A stretch of DNA of 64,000 bases from Shigella phage ESh32. The notes beneath the pieces were generated by a model. It was not told the DNA's origin. It made no database searches and was given only the letters and a program-made list of their open reading frames with translations. Location: sequence record ON528742; one strand, given 5' to 3'. How positions within the stretch are numbered: position 1 is the stretch's first letter; every line of letters starts with the position of its first letter. The position numbers were made by a program, and so were the translations under genes. Of the stretch, positions 8,361-19,663 are shown in pieces.

Positions 8361-11300
8361 TTATTTTAACAATGATTTAACTAATGCTTTAAGTTCTTCA
8401 ATTTCTGATTTAAGTTCCGCAATTTCTGCAGTATGCTCATTGATTGCAGCTGTATTTAAACCAATTACACCGTTATAGTTCAAACGAAGTAAAGCTTCAC
8501 CATCCGGGTCGCCTTCAACTAATTCTGGTAAAATAGCTTGAACTTCTTGAGCAATTAACCCAGCGTTTGGTTCCCATTTCTGATTGCCTTCTTCGTCCGT
8601 TCCACGTTTCTGCATATAAGTGTAACCGTTAATTTTAGAAAGCTTCTGAGAAGCATTTTCAAATTTAACGAGGTCTTTTTTAACACGAATATCAGAACGG
8701 ACATAAACATCACGGACAAACGTTGAATAACTATCATTTGCCTGAACGAGATGCCCATGAGAAACGATAGCTCTTCCAACTTCTGTCCAAAAAGCACCGG
8801 TTGAATCCCAAAGCCCAGGATGAGATTGATAGCCTGCTCCCCAGTTTGCAATATGTATACCATTGGCAACCATATTGATTCGGCCGTCACCGCCATGAAC
8901 TAACCCAGTGTCATTATCACCAATAACAACGCATGCGCCTGTCCATGCAGGGTCACCTCCACCAGCTGATAATCTTACTCCAGCTTTAACCATGTCAGGA
9001 ACGTACATGTTTCCATTATGGTGGAATTCGAAGATAGCTTGCGGATCGCTAGCATTTTCCTGATTACCTACACGGATAATACCTTGTGCCCAGTTATTAG
9101 TAATGCGTCGCATACCGAAATCAACACCAGATACGTACCCTTCATTAGTAATAACAGATTTTCCTTTAATAATAGGATAATAGCAGTCATTGCCGACACT
9201 ACCAAAATCCACAAATATAGGAGCTTCTTGATGCCATTGGTTTCCCCAGTCACCAGCTTGATGCGCAGTCCATTGAGTCCCATTTATATGGAGACGATCG
9301 CGGTTAAAGTTAAATGTTGCAGCACCTTGTGGAATCAGCGCGATTTCACCAGTAGAGTTAATTTGCACAGCCCCATTGGTTTTATAGTTGTAGAATGATA
9401 CGGTATTATCAGCGCCGCCTTTACCAATATACCATTGATTTTCTCCACCGCCAGTAGAAAGAAGGTAGCTTGCATCAGTCGCTGAAGGCGCAGCTAAGTT
9501 AATAGCATCAGAATCTCTTCTAATAATCAACTTGCCGGTCATCGTGTCGCCTTCTTTCGAAACACGAGTCGCAATAGCATCGCGAATATTAGTTACGTCG
9601 CCAGCTGAAGTAAACGTTTTCCAGATATCAGACCAGATATTACCATTGCGAGCAATAGTAGCTTCACCGCCGCCGACAGCAACGTTATCTGGGAAGTTAA
9701 CAGTACCGTCTTGATTAAAACGAGACGTATGGCCTTGTGAACCATCTTCTTTCAGATGATGAATAACGAATGTACCCGAATTAATTTCAGTACCTAAAGA
9801 CCAAACGCATTTACCGTTTAAGAATTTCTGTTTAACAATAGGATAATATTTGCTTACAGCATCATCATCGATTTCCTGGAAAATAGGAGCCGCTTGAGCA
9901 TATTGAATGTCATAACCGCCGGCACCCGCTCCATGACCAACAAATTTAATATAACCGTTAGCAGCGAACGTATTGTAACTTGATTGTAAATCTGGAATAG
10001 TAACTTTACCAGTATCTAAAGCCATACTAAACGGGCGAAGTGGACCGATATCGCCGTGTTTACCTTCACCGTAAGCAGTTGGAATAATATGAAGACTACC
10101 TTCTGAACGTCTAAAAATGGCTCCATAATCTGCGTTCCAAATACGAAGCGCATTCACTGCTCCAGATGAAATTTCGCCTGTTGTGTGAACTCCTCTATTT
10201 CCAGCAGTAACACCAGATGATTCAAATGAACCGTTAACGTTCATTTCTACTTCACCTGTTGTAAGTCTTTGAATATAGCTCATCCAACTAGTTGCATCAG
10301 AAATTTCCATGACATTTTTACGATTACCTACGCTAGGATTAGTAAACGTATTGCCCCAAACGGAAATTGTCATATTATCAACTGAACTGCTACCAGTTGT
10401 GTTACCTCTAAACAACAGCGTAGAAGAATTATTTCTACCATCGATATTAACCGAACCACCAATAACGTCAATATTGCCTGGAGTAACTAACAAACCGCCA
10501 TGAGTATTAATGTTTGTGGTACCCTTACCGCGGAAATAGTGATGATAGTTACCGCCTTGATAATATCCTAAAAGAGTTTGACCGTCGCCGTATGCGTTAT
10601 TATCATGGTAAGTAACAACAGTGGCCAAAGCATAGTTTTCTGTCGGCGGCGTTGTCATAAGAATCCCGTCCGGAGAATAACCCATAACCATTTTTCTAAG
10701 GCTTTGTGTTTCCGCAGGGCCGTAGATGAAAGTTCTTGTTCCATTGTTTACTGTATGAAAATATCCGTCCTGATGCCATTTAAATCCGGTGTCATTATCA
10801 CCAAGAGCAATTGAGGCCGTTCCTAATTCAGAATATCCTTTAGAGCCACCCGGAAGACCTACAGAAATAGAATGACCGGCTTTCAATCCACCTGACCAGG
10901 TAAACGACCAAAGATATGCGTCAAGTCCATCTCCAGCATACCAAGTTATTCCATCATTATCTTTAACTTCATGGAAAATGCCAGAACCGACTGCATTACG
11001 CATAATACGGAGATGGTTAATAGCCGTTTCGCTTTCTGTCAATGGAGTGTTATTTGCTAATGAATAGATATCATAATCTCCTGTCTTCTTCCCATTTGTA
11101 ATAACTTTGTCGGTCAGAATTTGCGGAGACGAAATAGATTTCCATGCTGATACTTCGGGTGAAGTAAATAGGCCACTGCCTGAAAATGCATAAGTGCTTT
11201 CGCTACCAGCGGCGTAGTCTTGAACCCTGATATTAAGTACTTGTGTAGTTAAACCATCATTAGCCGGGGCATAAATGATTCCACGTTCGCGACTATTGCC

Positions 11301-11675
11301 ATCGAAAAAACGAACATGCGCTGTACCTGAGCTTTTTGTAATAAGTTCTCCGCCTTCAGTCATAATTTGCCCGGCGGCAATAATATCGCGAGTTACTCGA
11401 GCAATACCAGTTAAATTAAAATTACCTGTCTGAGTGAAGGTGCCATTTAAAGTATAATCGCCAGTTTGGTTATAATTACCTGTATGAATAACATTCCCGT
11501 CAATACTACCGCCTTTAGCAAAACCCAGATCAATAATATTTCCTTGGTCATCTTTAGTAAAAAGTACACGGTCTTTTAAGTTTATAGCCAATTCACCTTC
11601 GGCTAATACTGAAGCGGCAGGACGTGCTCCTGCAGTTTTGCTTCTTTTAAATTGTATTTGTTTTAAAGTAGCCAT
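8361..11675 (-). CDS. 37: long tail fiber distal subunit gp37 (1104 aa) with C-terminal intramolecular chaperone domain
   Basis: [39 protein letters not shown]... conserved gp37 N-terminus; C-terminal ~111 aa carry S74-like motifs (SDIRVKK...GLIAQEVQ...LPELV). Confidence 0.95.
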   Translation of the reverse strand: MATLKQIQFKRSKTAGARPAASVLAEGELAINLKDRVLFTKDDQGNIIDLGFAKGGSIDGNVIHTGNYNQTGDYTLNGTFTQTGNFNLTGIARVTRDIIAAGQIMTEGGELITKSSGTAHVRFFDGNSRERGIIYAPANDGLTTQVLNIRVQDYAAGSESTYAFSGSGLFTSPEVSAWKSISSPQILTDKVITNGKKTGDYDIYSLANNTPLTESETAINHLRIMRNAVGSGIFHEVKDNDGITWYAGDGLDAYLWSFTWSGGLKAGHSISVGLPGGSKGYSELGTASIALGDNDTGFKWHQDGYFHTVNNGTRTFIYGPAETQSLRKMVMGYSPDGILMTTPPTENYALATVVTYHDNNAYGDGQTLLGYYQGGNYHHYFRGKGTTNINTHGGLLVTPGNIDVIGGSVNIDGRNNSSTLLFRGNTTGSSSVDNMTISVWGNTFTNPSVGNRKNVMEISDATSWMSYIQRLTTGEVEMNVNGSFESSGVTAGNRGVHTTGEISSGAVNALRIWNADYGAIFRRSEGSLHIIPTAYGEGKHGDIGPLRPFSMALDTGKVTIPDLQSSYNTFAANGYIKFVGHGAGAGGYDIQYAQAAPIFQEIDDDAVSKYYPIVKQKFLNGKCVWSLGTEINSGTFVIHHLKEDGSQGHTSRFNQDGTVNFPDNVAVGGGEATIARNGNIWSDIWKTFTSAGDVTNIRDAIATRVSKEGDTMTGKLIIRRDSDAINLAAPSATDASYLLSTGGGENQWYIGKGGADNTVSFYNYKTNGAVQINSTGEIALIPQGAATFNFNRDRLHINGTQWTAHQAGDWGNQWHQEAPIFVDFGSVGNDCYYPIIKGKSVITNEGYVSGVDFGMRRITNNWAQGIIRVGNQENASDPQAIFEFHHNGNMYVPDMVKAGVRLSAGGGDPAWTGACVVIGDNDTGLVHGGDGRINMVANGIHIANWGAGYQSHPGLWDSTGAFWTEVGRAIVSHGHLVQANDSYSTFVRDVYVRSDIRVKKDLVKFENASQKLSKINGYTYMQKRGTDEEGNQKWEPNAGLIAQEVQAILPELVEGDPDGEALLRLNYNGVIGLNTAAINEHTAEIAELKSEIEELKALVKSLLK

Positions 11676-11683
11676 AAGTCCTC

Positions 11684-12340
11684 TTAATAATAGCCGAAAT
11701 CTTGAACAGAATCCTTAATAACAATTTGGTCAAATCGTGGAACATGTGAGGGTTGAGATGCAGGATTCTGTGAAAAAAGGTTTGGCGCAGTTAAATTTCC
11801 TGTCATAGTATCTCCAGAGCGTAATACCCTAGAGTTTGCGTTTGCTGTAACAATATTTATTGCTCCATCAACATAATCTTTCCGCGTAAGGTCATAATTA
11901 TTTACTGGTGATAACGAAGTTACACGGATTTGTGATGCTTCAATTACGCCCTTTGAGCTAATATCTCCATTTCGTGCGTTAATTACTACAGTTCTACCTG
12001 CTGTTCCTTGTGATGATTTAAAACCAATACCATACCACGAAACAATATCCATATTTGTAGTATCATACGTGGCACTATCACCAGGACCAGCAAAAATACC
12101 ATTATCACCTGACCCTGCGCCAGGAACAGTCATTCCTTTATTAAAAATTACTTTATTTAAATAAGTACCGCCATTAGCTTTAGAAACGAAATCGTTATCA
12201 GCAGCTTGTGGTTTATTATATTCTGAATATATTTTAAATGATTTATAGAGTACATCGTCACCGGCTGGATTCAATGGAAAATTTCCTTGATGCCAAATGA
12301 CAGAGCCTCCGGTTGTTGAACCTACTTTTAAATCAGCCAT
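11684..12340 (-). CDS. 36: long tail fiber distal connector gp36 (218 aa)
   Basis: MADLKVGSTTGGSVIWHQGNFPLNPAGDDVLYKSF...; size and synteny. Confidence 0.9.
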   Translation of the reverse strand: MADLKVGSTTGGSVIWHQGNFPLNPAGDDVLYKSFKIYSEYNKPQAADNDFVSKANGGTYLNKVIFNKGMTVPGAGSGDNGIFAGPGDSATYDTTNMDIVSWYGIGFKSSQGTAGRTVVINARNGDISSKGVIEASQIRVTSLSPVNNYDLTRKDYVDGAINIVTANANSRVLRSGDTMTGNLTAPNLFSQNPASQPSHVPRFDQIVIKDSVQDFGYY

Positions 12341-12363
12341 TGTATGCCCCTTTATTTTAATAG

Positions 12364-12371
12364 TATTTATA
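12364..12371 (-). promoter_or_regulatory. late promoter (TATAAATA on minus strand) upstream of gene 36
   Basis: Exact TATAAATA on minus strand about 24 nt upstream of gene 36 start. Confidence 0.6.
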
Positions 12372-12398
12372 AAGAAAAAGGGAACCCGAAGGCTCCCT
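12371..12398 (-). terminator. probable terminator after gene 35 (minus-strand GGGAGCC-UUCG-GGUUCCC + U-rich tail)
   Basis: 7-bp stem (one G-U pair on minus strand) with UUCG loop followed by CUUUUUCUUU. Confidence 0.5.
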
Positions 12399-12402
12399 CA
12401 AT

Positions 12403-13518
12403 TTAAACTTCTCTAAATTCTTGTCCAAACACTTTACCAGTTTTAGACGATGCTTGTGTAGGAAGTACCATTATATCTGGAGGTGAAGCAGATTCACAGA
12501 CATAATTAACTCGAATACCATTGACGCCAAATTCTGCAGGTTTTGAAATTCCGCCATTTCTTGATACTTCAGAAAAACTTAAATTCCTCATGCCACCTTG
12601 ACCTGCTTGGGCAGTTCTTTGTGCATATATCGTAAATCCCATGGCGTTTTCTGGAATAACTACATAATCTTCCTTTAATTCCCATGACTCAGCTTGTCCA
12701 GTAAACTCAGCATGTGTTGAAGAAATATATCCATTCGATTCGTCATAAAAACGGATAGATATATTTGTAGTTCCAAGCGCAAGTAAATCGGCATCGGCAT
12801 ATAACTGTGCTTTAAGATAAAGAACATCACCAGGAATTAAATTATAATCAGATAATTTACTTATCGCGGATGAAGTTGGTAGACGTGCAATTTCGTTATT
12901 AGTTCCACCAACCGCTGACATAAATTGCTCAACGCTTTCATACGTTCTTCTTGGAAACCCGGTAGCTCCAACGTCTTCTAAACTATCAAATACAACATCT
13001 AAAACAGTTTGATAATCATCTGTGCTTTTTCTATTACTTAGTTTAACATGTTCTAATGCAATAGCTCTTTTAGAAGAAGTATAAAAGGCAGCATATGATA
13101 CGTCAAATCTTGACAATATAGAATCAGATGGAAAAGCAGACGTTCCCGCGGCTCTTAGCCAAGATACTACCTCAGGAGGAAAATTAACCTTTCCGCTAGT
13201 TAATATAGCAACAAGTCTATTACTTGAAAAAGAATTCATGAAACTAACAAAGGCAGCTGATGTAGTATCATTTGAAGTCGAAAAAGCATATGACTTACTA
13301 TCAACTAATGCTCCGGTGGAAGGGTCAAAAACTCTTAAATGAAGGCCTGCGCTAAATGTTTGACTTCCAACAGGATTATCCTGAAATTTGACATATGGTC
13401 CTGCTGTAGAAAGCGGGCAAGAACCCGCTATACTTATTTTATATCTTACTGAATTACTTTCCGATAAAAATGGCGTTTGGACATATCCTTGTCCAAACTT
13501 TGCCATAAATTTTTCCAT
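12403..13518 (-). CDS. 35: long tail fiber hinge connector gp35 (371 aa)
   Basis: MEKFMAKFGQGYVQTPFLSESNSVRYKISIAGS...; size and synteny. Confidence 0.9.
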   Translation of the reverse strand: MEKFMAKFGQGYVQTPFLSESNSVRYKISIAGSCPLSTAGPYVKFQDNPVGSQTFSAGLHLRVFDPSTGALVDSKSYAFSTSNDTTSAAFVSFMNSFSSNRLVAILTSGKVNFPPEVVSWLRAAGTSAFPSDSILSRFDVSYAAFYTSSKRAIALEHVKLSNRKSTDDYQTVLDVVFDSLEDVGATGFPRRTYESVEQFMSAVGGTNNEIARLPTSSAISKLSDYNLIPGDVLYLKAQLYADADLLALGTTNISIRFYDESNGYISSTHAEFTGQAESWELKEDYVVIPENAMGFTIYAQRTAQAGQGGMRNLSFSEVSRNGGISKPAEFGVNGIRVNYVCESASPPDIMVLPTQASSKTGKVFGQEFREV

Positions 13519-13526
13519 AATACCTC

Positions 13527-16500
13527 TTATTCAACCCATTCAAATTTAACCGTTTTATTCACTGGGTCAGGAACAATGCGAACATTACCAATTCGTAAGA
13601 AATCACGAATAGTAAGATTACCCATTATAGCATTATCAGATGGTAAAGCACCAATATCAGACGGTTGAGGAGGGTTACCTCCGTCAAATACCTGAACAAA
13701 ACTTGACCAAGAGTTTTTGGTTTTCTGCCATGTGCGTGTCCAACGAGTGGTACGAGCTTCTGGGGTCGTTGGATAAGTAATCCAATCTTGGTAAAGCGAA
13801 TCAAGTGTATTACCAAACTGAGTCAATGTACCAGGAGATTTAACTTCTTCGCCACGTTCTAAGTATGGAAGTCCAGTCACTTCATTAGTTTTTTCAACCA
13901 TTTTAAAATAACCAGGGAATTGATTATAAGTGGCCGAATCGTTAATATCAATTGACCAGAATCCTACAGTATCAGATGTTGGTGCGCGGGTATATAAATC
14001 AGATGTTTTAGTGCCCTGAGAACGAATTCTCGAGTTAACAGTCAAACCACCTGAATTTATAGTAGCACCTTTGGCAATGATTAAGCTTTCACCAATCGTT
14101 ACTTGACCAGATGCATTATTAATAGCTAAAGGACGTAATCCATTAAATCCACCAGTCTGATCACCCGATGCAGTAAGCATAAAATAGGTGTTAGCAGCAT
14201 CATTACGAATAAAGAATCCATAATCACCGTTTATTGCTCTAAAAGCATTCGACGATTTACTGATAAATTCGCCATTAGCAGTAACTGAACTACCGAATGT
14301 TGCAACGCCGTTCGCATTCAAAGAACCTAAAGCATTCACATTTATTGGCATTACAGTACCATTAATGCTAAATGCTATATTACCATCTTTATCGCGTTGA
14401 GAATAAAAGTGATAAGATGTTTCATCACTAACTTCAAATACAGTAGAACGCGTTGCATCTGATTCACCACTAAATTGATTACCCCACACTCTAATAGTCA
14501 CCGTCTGTGCTTGGTTAGTTCCAGTTTGAGGTCCTTTCTCAAAAATCAGATGAGTTTCTGTTCCAGTATTAGAAATAGTTAGTACACTATTTGCCGAAAC
14601 TGAACCACCAAACGTAGCAGTACTAGATGATACAAGAGGGGCACTCAGATTCGTTTGTTGGGTTAAGGTTAGTGAACCATTAACTGTCTGTGCAATATCC
14701 CTACGAATGAACTGAGATGAATCTAGACCATCTAATAAATTACTATCTACCGCTTTTGCTTTTAACGGCAGATAATTTGCTAATACACGGTTTAATTCAT
14801 ATGGTGATACTGCATAGTTATTTTTCTCATACAGTTCTAAATCTTGGGTAGAACCGGCTGTATCATTACCAACGAATGTAATTGAACCAGACGAAGTTTT
14901 AACAAAACCTCTTACTAGGGTAGTAGCTGCCCAGGTAGGTTCACTCTGCACGATCCATTTTAAATTTTTTGGAGATACAGCAGTATTTGCCGATGTTCCA
15001 GCAACAGTTTCGGTTTGTGTTGCAACTTTAATAACACCTTCTTGTGCTTCAGTAGATTTAGTACCTAAAAGCTTTTTAGGAGTTATTAAAACATTATCTA
15101 ATGTTCCTGCAGCAGCTTCGACCTGTGTAGCTACACGAAGTGTACCACGTTGTGTCTCATTTGCTTCAAGAATATTAAGGGTATAATGGTCCCAGAGAGT
15201 TCCTGATTCAATTAATCCAGATAGAGCAACAACAGAAGTACGATCAGTACTATTAAATCTGGTTTTAATTTTTAATGGTGTAGAGATACGAGTATCGTCG
15301 ACGCCTGCGTCGAATTCAACTTGTGTCGCAATTTCAGCTATACCACTTAAACTTTCAGTTGCTCTACGGTCATTTAAAGTTTTAGGAGTGACTGCACGAG
15401 TATAATCAGTTCCTGTATTAACTTCACTTTGCGTAGCAATTTCAATTAATCCAATTCTTCCATCAGTTGATGTCTTTTTATGTAACGTTTCTGGTGTTAC
15501 AACCGCATTTGCCCATCCTTCTTGACTCTGTCCAGCAATTACTTCGCTTTCAACTGCTAAAATTACTGCACCTTGTTGCGTTGGAGTAGCTTTATATTGA
15601 TCTAAAGCTTTAGGTGAAACAACTAAATTATTAGTGTTTTTATTATAAACGTTTGTACCATTTAATTCACGACTAGAAGCTGGAGTAGCACCTGCAGTAG
15701 ATACAAAGGTTACAATACCAGATAATGATTCAGAACCTTGACGAGCTTGAAGCTTTTTAGGAGTGATGATTGTAGTATCATCGGTTCCTGCATTAGTTTC
15801 TTGCTGTGTAGCAATTTCAGCAACACCTCTGCGAGTTTCAGTAGCTGTTCTTTCATTCAGCTTTTTAGGAGTGATGATAATATCATCAGCAAAAGAGAAT
15901 GTAGTATCCTGGTTAACTTGAGCAGTAGTTGCTATTCTTGCGATACCTCTACGAGTTTCAGTAGCAGTACGGTTAGCTAACGTTTCTGGAGTAATTGCTA
16001 ATTCTTTTTGCGGAGAATTTTCTAAATCGACGTTAGCTTGAGCCTGTGTAGCTAAAGCAATTACGCCTAATCTTGCTCTAGTAGAATCATTTAAAGAATC
16101 TACTCTTTCTACGGTTGGAACATTTTGCTGTACAACCCAATATTTTCCATCAGAATCTTCAATATAAGCGAGCTGTAAAACTGGAACATAATTAGTTTCA
16201 CCATTAAAAACTAATTCTTGGACTGTAACCCATTCAGCTTCAGGCGGATATTCTGAGCGTTTTGGGAATTGCAGCAATTGAACTGAAGAAGCAATTTTAT
16301 CTTCACCTGCAGCTTTGATTTTAACCGTTTGTCCTTTTCTCATGTAATTCATGGAAATTTTGACAGTATCACCAACAGAAATATCAGTCGGAAGCTGAAG
16401 TTCAATTGTCTGAGCTGTTCCGTTATTCGCGCCAAATACCATGACTTCTTCATTTGGACGAATATTAGAATTAGTCGTTATAATGCGTAAACGTGCTTTA

Positions 16501-17396
16501 CTATCCCCGTCAAACAATCTCCACAATTTCTCATTATCATCAAACATTAAGAAACCATCAATAGATGTACGGCCTTCAATGGAATGAGTTCCAACTTCTT
16601 GTACTGAAGTTGTTTCATCATATGTAGTAACAATTGTGTGATAAAGAGGATTTAATTTATCCAAATCAACGAAATTAATAATATCGCCATGATTGGCAAA
16701 TCTTGGAAGTTTAATATTAATTGCTGAAGCAGAAGTAAATCTACGTACGATAAAATCGTTTGATTGCGCCTGATAGAGACTCGCAGGCGTTACAACTACA
16801 GCTTCTCTACTATAATCAGCGACATACATTTGCCACAGACGATTACTAAAAATTAAAACTATCTGTGATTTTGGATGAGTCATTAGTACTGAACGTACTT
16901 GCTGACCTCTAAAATTTACAATGCTTTGTACCGGAGCTGTAATTAAAACTTGATTAACTCCAGGTTTTCCTCCAATATCTTGGAGAACGATAGTATCACC
17001 GTCAATTGGGGTAGATGGTAAAGTAAATGTAATGTCATTACCAGCTGCAGTATCAACTGAAATTGATTCACCCGATTTTAATTGATAAGGTCCTGATGAA
17101 ACAGTTGTCCAGTTTGCATCAGTACGTAACGCTCTCCAGCGTACGCTATTAAAAGCTCCTGCTGGTTTTGGAATATCATTTATAGCAGCCCAAAAGCGGT
17201 TATCATAAATGATTACAAAATCTTTTAAATATCCACGAGTTGGATCGTATTGTTGAACTGTGTTTTCTTGAATTAAGTAATCAACGTTAACACCGTCAGT
17301 TCCTACGGCACGATCAGCTAAAGCTACGTTGATTATTTTATCACCACCTGCGTCCAGACCATCTTCTGCTCTGAACTTTCTTTTAATCTCGGCCAT
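13527..17396 (-). CDS. 34: long tail fiber proximal subunit gp34 (1289 aa)
   Basis: MAEIKRKFRAEDGLDAGGDKIINVALADRAVGTDGVNVDYL...; 1289 aa as in T4 gp34. Confidence 0.95.
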   Translation of the reverse strand: MAEIKRKFRAEDGLDAGGDKIINVALADRAVGTDGVNVDYLIQENTVQQYDPTRGYLKDFVIIYDNRFWAAINDIPKPAGAFNSVRWRALRTDANWTTVSSGPYQLKSGESISVDTAAGNDITFTLPSTPIDGDTIVLQDIGGKPGVNQVLITAPVQSIVNFRGQQVRSVLMTHPKSQIVLIFSNRLWQMYVADYSREAVVVTPASLYQAQSNDFIVRRFTSASAINIKLPRFANHGDIINFVDLDKLNPLYHTIVTTYDETTSVQEVGTHSIEGRTSIDGFLMFDDNEKLWRLFDGDSKARLRIITTNSNIRPNEEVMVFGANNGTAQTIELQLPTDISVGDTVKISMNYMRKGQTVKIKAAGEDKIASSVQLLQFPKRSEYPPEAEWVTVQELVFNGETNYVPVLQLAYIEDSDGKYWVVQQNVPTVERVDSLNDSTRARLGVIALATQAQANVDLENSPQKELAITPETLANRTATETRRGIARIATTAQVNQDTTFSFADDIIITPKKLNERTATETRRGVAEIATQQETNAGTDDTTIITPKKLQARQGSESLSGIVTFVSTAGATPASSRELNGTNVYNKNTNNLVVSPKALDQYKATPTQQGAVILAVESEVIAGQSQEGWANAVVTPETLHKKTSTDGRIGLIEIATQSEVNTGTDYTRAVTPKTLNDRRATESLSGIAEIATQVEFDAGVDDTRISTPLKIKTRFNSTDRTSVVALSGLIESGTLWDHYTLNILEANETQRGTLRVATQVEAAAGTLDNVLITPKKLLGTKSTEAQEGVIKVATQTETVAGTSANTAVSPKNLKWIVQSEPTWAATTLVRGFVKTSSGSITFVGNDTAGSTQDLELYEKNNYAVSPYELNRVLANYLPLKAKAVDSNLLDGLDSSQFIRRDIAQTVNGSLTLTQQTNLSAPLVSSSTATFGGSVSANSVLTISNTGTETHLIFEKGPQTGTNQAQTVTIRVWGNQFSGESDATRSTVFEVSDETSYHFYSQRDKDGNIAFSINGTVMPINVNALGSLNANGVATFGSSVTANGEFISKSSNAFRAINGDYGFFIRNDAANTYFMLTASGDQTGGFNGLRPLAINNASGQVTIGESLIIAKGATINSGGLTVNSRIRSQGTKTSDLYTRAPTSDTVGFWSIDINDSATYNQFPGYFKMVEKTNEVTGLPYLERGEEVKSPGTLTQFGNTLDSLYQDWITYPTTPEARTTRWTRTWQKTKNSWSSFVQVFDGGNPPQPSDIGALPSDNAIMGNLTIRDFLRIGNVRIVPDPVNKTVKFEWVE

Positions 17397-17430
17397 TCTC
17401 CCGGGCTCCTATTGTGTTTTCAATAATAAG

Positions 17431-17438
17431 TATTTATA
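17431..17438 (-). promoter_or_regulatory. late promoter (TATAAATA on minus strand) for gene 34
   Basis: Exact TATAAATA on minus strand about 35 nt upstream of gene 34 ATG. Confidence 0.65.
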
Positions 17439-17441
17439 CTT

Positions 17442-17471
17442 GTTTACTTTAAGATTTGGATGGTATATAAT
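17442..17471 (+). promoter_or_regulatory. early promoter for rnh: -35 GTTTAC 17442-17447, -10 TATAAT 17466-17471
   Basis: Motif read directly; divergent from the gene 34 late promoter. Confidence 0.55.
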
Positions 17472-17500
17472 AGAAATCTCACTAATTGAACGAGGTTCAT

Positions 17501-18418
17501 ATGGATTTAGAAATGATGCTGGATGAAGATTACAAAGAAGGAATTTGCTTTATTGACTTTAGTCAAATTGCGCTTTCAACTGCTTTAGTAAACTTCCCAG
17601 ATAAAGAAAAAATTAATTTATCAATGGTTCGTCATTTGATATTGAACTCAATTAAGTTTAATGTCAAAAAAGCAAAAACGCTTGGATACACTAAAATTGT
17701 ACTGTGTATTGATAACGCGAAATCTGGATACTGGCGTCGTGATTTCGCGTATTATTACAAGAAAAACCGTGGAAAAGCACGAGAAGAATCGACTTGGGAC
17801 TGGGAAGGTTATTTTGAATCCAGCCATAAAGTTATAGATGAATTGAAAGCTTATATGCCATACATTGTTATGGATATTGATAAGTATGAAGCAGATGACC
17901 ACATTGCTGTTCTTGTTAAAAAGTTCTCTTTGGAAGGACACAAGATTTTAATCATTTCATCGGATGGTGACTTCACTCAGCTTCACAAATATCCAAATGT
18001 TAAGCAATGGTCACCGATGCATAAGAAATGGGTTAAAATTAAAAGCGGTTCTGCTGAAATTGACTGTATGACTAAAATCCTTAAAGGCGACAAAAAGGAT
18101 AACGTTGCTTCAGTTAAAGTACGATCTGACTTTTGGTTTACCAAAGTTGAAGGTGAACGAACCCCTTCAATGAAAACTTCAATCGTTGAAGCTATTGCTA
18201 ATGACCGTGAGCAAGCTAAGGTGCTTCTCACAGAATCTGAATATAATCGTTATAAAGAAAATTTAGTTCTAATTGATTTTGATTATATTCCTGATAATAT
18301 TGCTTCAAACATTGTGAATTACTATAATTCATATAAATTACCACCGCGTGGCAAAATTTATTCATATTTTGTAAAAGCGGGTCTTTCTAAATTAACTAAT
18401 AGCATTAATGAATTTTGA
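17501..18418 (+). CDS. rnh: RNase H / 5'-3' exonuclease (305 aa)
   Basis: Start MDLEMMLDEDYKEGICFIDFSQ at ATG 17501 with SD GAGGT (track start is TTG); FEN-family acidic motifs; 305 aa as T4 RNase H. Confidence 0.9.
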   Translation: MDLEMMLDEDYKEGICFIDFSQIALSTALVNFPDKEKINLSMVRHLILNSIKFNVKKAKTLGYTKIVLCIDNAKSGYWRRDFAYYYKKNRGKAREESTWDWEGYFESSHKVIDELKAYMPYIVMDIDKYEADDHIAVLVKKFSLEGHKILIISSDGDFTQLHKYPNVKQWSPMHKKWVKIKSGSAEIDCMTKILKGDKKDNVASVKVRSDFWFTKVEGERTPSMKTSIVEAIANDREQAKVLLTESEYNRYKENLVLIDFDYIPDNIASNIVNYYNSYKLPPRGKIYSYFVKAGLSKLTNSINEF

Positions 18419-18426
18419 GGTGAATA

Positions 18427-18696
18427 ATGGCTAAAAAAGAAATGGTTGAATTTGATGAAGCTATCCATGGCGAAGACTTGGCTAAATTTATTAAAGAAGC
18501 ATCTGATCATAAACTGAAAATTTCCGGTTATAATGAATTGATTAAAGATATTCGAATTCGTGCCAAAGATGAACTTGGTGTTGATGGCAAGATGTTTAAT
18601 CGTCTTTTGGCTCTATATCATAAAGATAACCGTGATGTGTTTGAAGCTGAAACTGAAGAGGTAGTTGAACTTTATGACACAGTTTTCTCTAAATGA
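18427..18696 (+). CDS. dsbA: DsbA, dsDNA-binding late transcription enhancer (89 aa)
   Basis: MAKKEMVEFDEAIHGEDLAKFIKEASDHKLKISGYNEL...; 89 aa; synteny rnh-dsbA-33. Confidence 0.85.
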   Translation: MAKKEMVEFDEAIHGEDLAKFIKEASDHKLKISGYNELIKDIRIRAKDELGVDGKMFNRLLALYHKDNRDVFEAETEEVVELYDTVFSK

Positions 18697-19012
18697 TATT
18701 CGTCCGGTCGATGAGGCCGGGCTTTCAGAAAAAGAACTTTCAATTAAGAAAGAAAAGGATGAAATTGCAAAGCTTCTTGACCGCCAAGAAAATGGATTTA
18801 TTATTGAAAAAATGGTAGAAGAGTTTGGAATGAGTTATCTTGAAGCTACAACAGCATTCTTGGAAGAAAACTCTATTCCTGAAACTCAATTTGCTAAATT
18901 TATTCCTTCGGGTATAATTGAAAAAATTCAGTCAGAAGCTATTGACGAAAATCTTTTACGTCCTTCTGTTGTTCGTTGTGAAAAAACTAATACATTAGAT
19001 TTTCTACTATGA
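18674..19012 (+). CDS. 33: late transcription co-activator gp33 (112 aa)
   Basis: MTQFSLNDIRPVDEAGLSEKELSIKKEKDE... from ATG 18674; 112 aa; overlaps dsbA 3' end. Confidence 0.85.
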   Translation: MTQFSLNDIRPVDEAGLSEKELSIKKEKDEIAKLLDRQENGFIIEKMVEEFGMSYLEATTAFLEENSIPETQFAKFIPSGIIEKIQSEAIDENLLRPSVVRCEKTNTLDFLL

Positions 19013-19662
19013 TTAAACTCCGCATGCCTGCTGGTGGTGAAAGATACATTGATGGTAAATCAGTTTATAAATTATACTTAATGATAAAACAGCATATGAA
19101 TGGAAAGTATGATGTAATTAAGTATAATTGGTGCATGCGGGTGTCTGATGCCGCTTATCAAAAGCGAAGGGATAAGTATTTTTTTCAGAAGTTATCAGAA
19201 AAATATAAATTAAAGGAACTTGCTTTAATCTTTATAAGTAATTTGGTTGCTAACCAAGATGCTTGGATTGGTGACATCTCTGACGCTGATGCACTTGTGT
19301 TTTATCGTGAATATATCGGACGCTTAAAGCAAATTAAATTTAAGTTTGAAGAAGATATTCGCAACATTTATTATTTTAGTAAAAAAGTTGAAGTTTCTGC
19401 TTTTAAAGAAATTTTTGAATATAATCCAAAAGTTCAATCAAGTTATATTTTTAAACTACTTCAATCGAATATAATTTCGTTTGAGACGTTTATCTTGCTT
19501 GATTCGTTTTTAAATATAATTGATAAACATGATGAACAGACTGATAATTTAGTCTGGAATAATTATTCTATAAAGTTAAAGGCTTATAGAAAAATTTTAA
19601 ATATTGATTCACAGAAAGCCAAAAGTGTTTTCATTGAAACTGTGAAATCTTGTAAGTATTGA
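19009..19662 (+). CDS. 59: helicase loader gp59 (217 aa)
   Basis: MIKLRMPAGGERYIDGKSVYKLYLMIKQHMNGKYDV...; 217 aa; ATGA coupling to 33. Confidence 0.9.
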   Translation: MIKLRMPAGGERYIDGKSVYKLYLMIKQHMNGKYDVIKYNWCMRVSDAAYQKRRDKYFFQKLSEKYKLKELALIFISNLVANQDAWIGDISDADALVFYREYIGRLKQIKFKFEEDIRNIYYFSKKVEVSAFKEIFEYNPKVQSSYIFKLLQSNIISFETFILLDSFLNIIDKHDEQTDNLVWNNYSIKLKAYRKILNIDSQKAKSVFIETVKSCKY

Positions 19663-19663
19663 T

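Noticed and set aside
8555-11000. Antisense/overlapping track ORFs inside tail fiber genes (e.g. 8555..8896, 9018..9398, 10309..10503, 10578..10814, 15738..15980)
   Set aside because: They lie fully inside the long, well-supported gp37/gp34 reading frames on the opposite strand or in another frame, with no SD or promoter; they are typical spurious ORFs.
17486-17500. Track start codons that are TTG/GTG (rnh 17486, gp33 18665, gp38 8341, uvsW.1 56001, denA 30171, rnlA 30622, 5851, 37702)
   Set aside because: In each case an in-frame ATG with a proper SD lies a few codons downstream and gives the protein length known for the T4 homologue; the upstream alternative starts were not used except where no ATG exists.
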